Of a DNA stretch of 64,000 nucleotides, positions 59,071 through 64,000 are shown piece after piece (position 1 is the stretch's first letter; the number at the start of each line of letters is the position of its first letter). The stretch comes from a virus. The stretch covers positions 26,068 to 90,067 of the IMG/VR virus record IMGVR_UViG_3300042888_000931; one strand, 5' to 3'. A program made the position numbers and the translations under genes. The notes below the pieces were generated by a model, which worked only from the letters and a program-made list of their open reading frames with translations, searched no databases and was not told where the DNA came from.

Positions 59071-59814
59071 ATGTCAAAGTATAACAAAGTATACTTTTTG
59101 CATATTCCAAAAACTGGTGGTAGATTCCTAACCAAGTATATCTTTAGACCAATGGAAACTGTATTGGCAGACAACGGAATAGAACTTGTAAAGTCTCCAC
59201 AAGACATGAGGCAGCATGCTGGATGGCCTACTTGGATAGACGATAAGACATACATTGTTTCAGTTTTTAGAGATCCATGTGAGTTCTTTGTTAGTGCAGT
59301 TTGTCATGCTGTGGCAATCAAAAATGAATTAGTAGATCAGAACAATTGGGACGTAATAAAAGAAGGTAATGATTCATTTACTGTTGATAAAGATGAACTA
59401 TATGGAGCACTAAGCAGATGGGAATACATCAAGGACTTTCAGTCTCAAAACTTTGCTTTAAGTCCTGACCCTGAGCGTATGTCGGTACTACATGAATCTA
59501 TGGCCAAGCATAAGAACAATGAGTCATTTGATACAGAAGAAATTTACAAAAGAATTAAAAGAGTTAATCTAATGATCAGGCACAAAGATTTAAAGTTTAT
59601 GGATTACAATTTATTAGTAGATAAAATTGCAGAAGATCTAGGAATAGAAATAGACATTAACATTTCAAGTGCTGATAAAGAATATTTTAAAAATAAGTCC
59701 TCAGAAGTTCTTTTTAATTCATTAAACCAAGAAGACAAAGACTTTATAGGCAAGCATTTTCCTTTAGATAAAGAGATATACGATGATGATTCTTTATTTT
59801 GGGCAGGGAAATAG
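59071..59814 (+). CDS. second sulfotransferase family protein
   Basis: FLHIPKTGGR and FRDP..FVS motifs. Confidence 0.75.
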   Translation: MSKYNKVYFLHIPKTGGRFLTKYIFRPMETVLADNGIELVKSPQDMRQHAGWPTWIDDKTYIVSVFRDPCEFFVSAVCHAVAIKNELVDQNNWDVIKEGNDSFTVDKDELYGALSRWEYIKDFQSQNFALSPDPERMSVLHESMAKHKNNESFDTEEIYKRIKRVNLMIRHKDLKFMDYNLLVDKIAEDLGIEIDINISSADKEYFKNKSSEVLFNSLNQEDKDFIGKHFPLDKEIYDDDSLFWAGK

Positions 59815-59840
59815 GGTAGTTTTAAGTCATACCCAGGACT
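59814..59840 (-). ncRNA. mini H-type pseudoknot motif, copy B (3' of katG)
   Basis: Minus strand AGTC-CT-GGGTA-T-GACT-TAAAAC-TACCC. Confidence 0.6.
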
Positions 59841-59853
59841 ATTTGTCTTTATG

Positions 59854-61935
59854 TTAGAACATATCTAAGTTCATTACCTTTGTCCATACAGAAGCAAAAT
59901 CATTTAAAAACTTTTGCTTAGCATCATCAGATGCATATACTTCTGCAATTGCACGAAGTTCTGAGTTTGAGCCTACGATTAGGTCAGCACGAGTTGCACT
60001 TCCTGCATCTTGTCCATCTCTTGTTGCTAGGTAAGAATCTTCGCTTACCTTTGTCCAAGAAAACTTTCCAGATACCATTGCGTTTAGGTATCCAGTATGC
60101 AGGGTTTGTCCAACAAGAGTTCTCATACCACCTAATAGAACAACCATTTCAACTGGAGTAAGTCCAAGCATGTTTGCTTTTTCTACCAACAGTACTTCGC
60201 TAGGAACAGTTGTGTCTTTCTTAAGATAGTTAATAAATCCATCAGCAATTGGCTCAAGAACTGCGAATGACTCAACATCTGTCTGCTCTTGAGTTGCATC
60301 AGTTCTTCCAGGAGTAAATTGAACCTTAACTAATTCTTCAGATGCCTTTTCAATAGCAGCAGAAGCAGCAAGAACGATCAGATCAGCAAGAGACATGCCC
60401 TTCGCAACTGTTTGTTGCAACCCTTCAAGGTATGCTAATGTATCCCATACTCTTGGAGTGTTAACAGTCTCCCAATTACCCTGTGGTTGTAGTCTAATTC
60501 TAGAACCATTTGCACCACCACGCTTGTCTGTCTTGCGGAATGTTGATGCAGAAACCCATGCAGTATAAACAAAGTTATACAGCGAAAGTTGTGATGATTT
60601 AATTTCTGATTTGATTTGATCTATATCTAAATCAACAGGCTCATACTTTGGAACTGGGTCCTGCCAAATTAGTTCTTCAGAAGGAACTTCCTTACCAAGG
60701 TATCTTGAAATAGGTCCCATGTCTCTGTGCGTTAGTTTAAACCATGCACGAGCAAAGGCATCTGAGAAGTAATCAAAGTCTTCAAGGAATCTGCGAGAGA
60801 TCTTCTCATACTCTGGATCAAACCTCAATGCAAGGTCTGCTGTTGTCATAACTGGAGCATGGAACTTTCCTTCGATGTGTGCATCTGGAACTAAATTAGC
60901 AGCAGATTCATCTGTTGGAATCCATTGTGTTGCACCAGCAGGTGACTTTGTTTGTGTCCAATCATACTTAAACAATAACTTAAGGTATGAGTTGTCCCAC
61001 TTGGTAGGTGTTGCAGTCCATGCACCCTCAATACCACTTGTGATTGTATCTTCTGCATTACCCTTACCAAACGAGTTCTTCCATCCAAGCCCCTGCTCTT
61101 CAATAGGTGCACCCTCTGGTGCAGGACCTACATGAGATGGATCTCCAGCCCCGTGTGCCTTACCAAATGCGTGTCCACCAGCAATTAGTGCAACTGTTTC
61201 TTCATCATTCATTGCCATTCTTGCAAATGTTTCACGAATGTCTTTTGCAGAAAGAACTGGATCAGGATTTCCATTAGGTCCTTCAGGGTTAACATAAATT
61301 AATCCCATCTGCACAGCAGCAAGTGGATTTTCTAACTCACGATCTCCGCTATAACGGTTATCTTCAAGCCATTCCTTTTCTGCACCCCAGTATGTGTCAT
61401 CAGATTCCCAAACATCTTCACGACCACCACCGAAACCGAATGTCTTGAAGCCCATGTTCTCAAGAGAAACATTGCCTGCAAGAATCATTAGGTCTGCCCA
61501 TGAAATCTTTTTACCGTACTTCTGCTTAATTGGCCAAAGAAGTCTACGAGCCTTATCTAAGTTACCATTATCTGGCCAAGAATTTTGTGGAGCAAATCTG
61601 TGTAGTCCTTCTCCAGCACCACCACGACCATCGCTTACCCTGTAAGTACCCGCAGAGTGCCACGCCATACGAATAAAGAATGGACCATAGTTACCATAGT
61701 CTGCAGGCCACCAATCTTGCGAGGTAGTTAGAAGTGTATTGATGTCACCCTTAAGAGCATCAAGATCTAAACTATTAAACTCCTTGGCATAATCAAAGTC
61801 TTCTCCCATTGGATCTGACTTAGAAGAATTCTTTCTAAGTGGAGACAGGTCTAGTTGGTTTGGCCACCAGTCTTTGTTTGTTGTAGCCTCTGTTGTGTAT
61901 GTCTTACCAGTGTATGGACACTTTGCTTCACTCAT
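59854..61935 (-). CDS. katG: catalase-peroxidase
   Basis: [39 protein letters not shown] and [11 protein letters not shown]. Confidence 0.96.
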   Translation of the reverse strand: MSEAKCPYTGKTYTTEATTNKDWWPNQLDLSPLRKNSSKSDPMGEDFDYAKEFNSLDLDALKGDINTLLTTSQDWWPADYGNYGPFFIRMAWHSAGTYRVSDGRGGAGEGLHRFAPQNSWPDNGNLDKARRLLWPIKQKYGKKISWADLMILAGNVSLENMGFKTFGFGGGREDVWESDDTYWGAEKEWLEDNRYSGDRELENPLAAVQMGLIYVNPEGPNGNPDPVLSAKDIRETFARMAMNDEETVALIAGGHAFGKAHGAGDPSHVGPAPEGAPIEEQGLGWKNSFGKGNAEDTITSGIEGAWTATPTKWDNSYLKLLFKYDWTQTKSPAGATQWIPTDESAANLVPDAHIEGKFHAPVMTTADLALRFDPEYEKISRRFLEDFDYFSDAFARAWFKLTHRDMGPISRYLGKEVPSEELIWQDPVPKYEPVDLDIDQIKSEIKSSQLSLYNFVYTAWVSASTFRKTDKRGGANGSRIRLQPQGNWETVNTPRVWDTLAYLEGLQQTVAKGMSLADLIVLAASAAIEKASEELVKVQFTPGRTDATQEQTDVESFAVLEPIADGFINYLKKDTTVPSEVLLVEKANMLGLTPVEMVVLLGGMRTLVGQTLHTGYLNAMVSGKFSWTKVSEDSYLATRDGQDAGSATRADLIVGSNSELRAIAEVYASDDAKQKFLNDFASVWTKVMNLDMF

Positions 61936-61975
61936 GAGTTTCTCTTTCTGCTAGTTATGTATTACAAAAGTTAGG

Positions 61976-62038
61976 AGGGTGTGGTGTTGCAACATAGGCT
62001 ATATATGTTTCCCGACACATATAGGCTAACCACACCCT
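61976..62038 (-). promoter_or_regulatory. structured 5' leader or sRNA upstream of katG
   Basis: 9-bp stem AGGGTGTGG/CCACACCCT enclosing two hairpins; TGCTATAAT just upstream. Confidence 0.55.
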
Positions 62039-62052
62039 TACTACTATTATAG

Positions 62053-62124
62053 CATCCCTGGTAGGATTCGAACCTACGGCCTACACCTTAGAAGGGTGTC
62101 ACTCTTCCGCTGAGTTACAGAGAT
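62053..62124 (-). tRNA. tRNA-Arg(TCT)
   Basis: Acceptor ATCTCTG/CAGGGAT; anticodon arm ACACC-CTTCTAA-GGTGT; GGTTCGAATCC T arm. Confidence 0.9.
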
Positions 62125-62130
62125 AAACCT

Positions 62131-62601
62131 TTAGTTACCCGAATTTGCTCGTTCCTTAGCAATAACATCAAGTTCTTCTTGAACACCAGGAATAAGTGAA
62201 GGATACTCAGCAGCAAACCTAAGAAACTTAGAAAATGCCCAAGTTGGAATCATCAGAAGCAACCATGCGTAGCCAACCCACTCATGAATAAAGGCTCCAA
62301 GGAAAATCCAGGGGATGACAACCATAAAGATACTAACATTTGGAATGTCTTCTTTAGATGTAGTAATAGGAAGAACTTCATTTGTAGTAGTCTTAGTACT
62401 ATTAGACTTAGACTTTCCATTAAGCATTGTAGTACTTGATAGACCAGTGCCGTTTAGACCAGCAGTACCTCTTACTTGCCCCTTAGAGTTAACGCTGACT
62501 CGTGCACCATTGGTGCCAAGTGATCCACTAATGCCACTCTTGCCAAGTGTAACTCTAACTCCTGGCATAATCTTCATGCTCTTTCTGAATCTGATTGCCA
62601 T
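62131..62601 (-). CDS. DUF4236-like membrane protein
   Basis: RFRKSMKIMPGVRVTLGKSGISGSLG..GTGLS; C-terminal TMs. Confidence 0.75.
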   Translation of the reverse strand: MAIRFRKSMKIMPGVRVTLGKSGISGSLGTNGARVSVNSKGQVRGTAGLNGTGLSSTTMLNGKSKSNSTKTTTNEVLPITTSKEDIPNVSIFMVVIPWIFLGAFIHEWVGYAWLLLMIPTWAFSKFLRFAAEYPSLIPGVQEELDVIAKERANSGN

Positions 62602-62602
62602 A

Positions 62603-63424
62603 TTATTTGTTCCCTGGAGTAAGTGTACCCTTGATAAGAGCACAAGATGGATTGTCTGGTGTTTGTCTTAGATGACCTGAAGCAACATAGTACTCAATCA
62701 TATTACGCATTGGACCATTAAACACTTTTTCAGCAGCATATCCAGCATTTGCAAGGCTTTGCTCACAAATTATAAATCCTTGGCAACCATTTGGCTTTGT
62801 GTAGGTTCCACCAAACTCGTTACAAATCACAAGATTGGTTGATGCAACCACATATTGTCTTGGATTATTAGGATTTAATTGTTTTTCTTGCTTTGCTAAT
62901 AAAATTGCATTGTTAGCAGCAGCAAGTTTATCCTGTGCAGCAACTCTTTCTGCATTTAACTTATCTTCTAAAATTTTAGCATTTTGAATTCGCAATATCT
63001 CGGCATCTGTTTCAGCCTTAATCCTTGCAATTTCCAACTCCGCTTCAATTAGTTCCTGCTCAGCCTTTTCAGCAGCAATTCTTTTTTGCTCTGCAATTTT
63101 TTCTGACTGAACTTTATCTGCTGCGTTTTTAAATCCAAGCAGTCTTGCTGCTGCATCTGCTTTGGCCTTAATTACTTTATCTGCTGCTGCTTTTGCTGCA
63201 GCCTGTGCTGCTATTTCTTTTTGTCTTTTTAGGTTTGCTTCTACTGCTGCCTTACTAATTGATTTAACAGGAGCATTTCCCCATGATGCGACACCACCAT
63301 GTCCAGAACATGTGCCTCTTCCAGTAGAGAAAGAGTACGTTCCATCTTTGCACTGTGCTGCCTGTGCTGGAGTGAAGCCCCCAGAAAATACAAGCAATGA
63401 TAAAATAAAAGCAATTTTCTTCAT
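62603..63424 (-). CDS. secreted DUF3761-like protein with coiled coil
   Basis: Signal peptide; CKDGTYSFS..RGTCSGHGGV. Confidence 0.7.
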   Translation of the reverse strand: MKKIAFILSLLVFSGGFTPAQAAQCKDGTYSFSTGRGTCSGHGGVASWGNAPVKSISKAAVEANLKRQKEIAAQAAAKAAADKVIKAKADAAARLLGFKNAADKVQSEKIAEQKRIAAEKAEQELIEAELEIARIKAETDAEILRIQNAKILEDKLNAERVAAQDKLAAANNAILLAKQEKQLNPNNPRQYVVASTNLVICNEFGGTYTKPNGCQGFIICEQSLANAGYAAEKVFNGPMRNMIEYYVASGHLRQTPDNPSCALIKGTLTPGNK

Positions 63425-63453
63425 TTTGATCCTTTGTTAGTAGGTATGTTATA

Positions 63454-63482
63454 AGTATACCGAATTCTGCACGGTATGTCAA
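63454..63482 (-). promoter_or_regulatory. consensus promoter
   Basis: Minus strand TTGACA-17 nt-TATACT. Confidence 0.75.
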
Positions 63483-63483
63483 G

Positions 63484-63558
63484 TACACCAGGTAGGACTT
63501 GAACCTACGAATAGCCGAATTATGAGTTCGGTGCCTTAACCAACTTGGCTACTGGTGC
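63484..63558 (-). tRNA. tRNA-CAT (elongator Met or Ile2)
   Basis: Acceptor GCACCAG/CTGGTGT; anticodon arm CCGAA-CTCATAA-TTCGG; lacks initiator GGG/CCC pairs. Confidence 0.88.
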
Positions 63559-63564
63559 TAGTCC

Positions 63565-63708
63565 TTATTTAATTAGTAATCCAAAAAAAGTTCCAAGAAG
63601 GAAGCATAGGATACCAATGGTGGTATGGTAATATGTTTTCATATGCTGTTTGATGATATAGCGTTTTAGTTCTTTTGATATTTTATTTAACTCTTCATGA
63701 TCTACCAT
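63565..63708 (-). CDS. 47-aa membrane protein (not in ORF track)
   Basis: MVDHEELNK...IGILCFLLGTFFGLLIK; GGAG SD. Confidence 0.5.
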   Translation of the reverse strand: MVDHEELNKISKELKRYIIKQHMKTYYHTTIGILCFLLGTFFGLLIK

Positions 63709-63722
63709 GAACATCTCCAGTT

Positions 63723-63884
63723 TTAGTTAGGTACTGACTTAAGTGCTCCAAGAATAATTGCTTCTCTAATCCTTTTTTGTTTACGCTCAAACTTTGAAAG
63801 GTATGGCTTAGCCTGTGTTCTTTTCTTATTCTTAATTGCTCTCTTAATTTTATGTTGAGAGGCTTTGTTGTTAGACTTTCTCAT
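63723..63884 (-). CDS. 53-aa basic protein (not in ORF track)
   Basis: MRKSNNKASQHKIKRAIKNKKR; ATGA coupling. Confidence 0.5.
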   Translation of the reverse strand: MRKSNNKASQHKIKRAIKNKKRTQAKPYLSKFERKQKRIREAIILGALKSVPN

Positions 63885-64000
63885 TTTGCACCCTGATTTT
63901 CTGCTACGCTGTCACATGGACAGATAATTGACTCTGGTAGTTCGTGAACCTTAGTTACAATAGTAATCATAGTCTCACACTCAACGCACTTATAAATTTT
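63881..64000 (-). CDS. partial zinc-ribbon protein (5' end outside window)
   Basis: YKCVEC...ICPC. Confidence 0.45.
   Translation of the reverse strand, partial: KIYKCVECETMITIVTKVHELPESIICPCDSVAENQGAK

Noticed and set aside
62053-62124. Suppressor tRNA (CTA) and stop-codon recoding
   Set aside because: The 7-nt loop CTTCTAA centres on TCT (Arg), and genes are full-length in the standard code

Overview
A 64-kb segment of a large tailed dsDNA phage genome (siphovirus-like), almost all on the + strand until ~59.8 kb, in the standard genetic code. An actinobacterial host is inferred from a WhiB gene and many apparently leaderless genes; a freshwater acI-like host is a guess. Gene order: head module (portal, protease with nested scaffold, capsid), neck and tail (two paralogous tail chaperones, 3154-aa tape measure, tail-tip proteins), replication and recombination (DnaB, primase, SSB, DnaE, RecA, Cas4-like and RuvC-like nucleases), terminase, secreted/envelope and lysis genes, then an accessory region. 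The accessory region holds a sulfation/hydroxylation/halogenation cluster, WhiB, Hsp20, HNH, katG and three tRNAs. The most notable signals are: (1) two promoter-driven structured small RNAs next to a small HNH gene; (2) a three-copy covarying mini-pseudoknot at RNA/gene 3' ends; (3) a ROSE-like thermometer before hsp20; (4) a structured katG leader; (5) a putative PAPS-supplying modification cluster; (6) tail chaperones G and G-T apparently encoded by duplication rather than frameshift; (7) a PA14 gene whose signal peptide has no canonical start codon. All calls are from motif reading by eye; no database searches were run.
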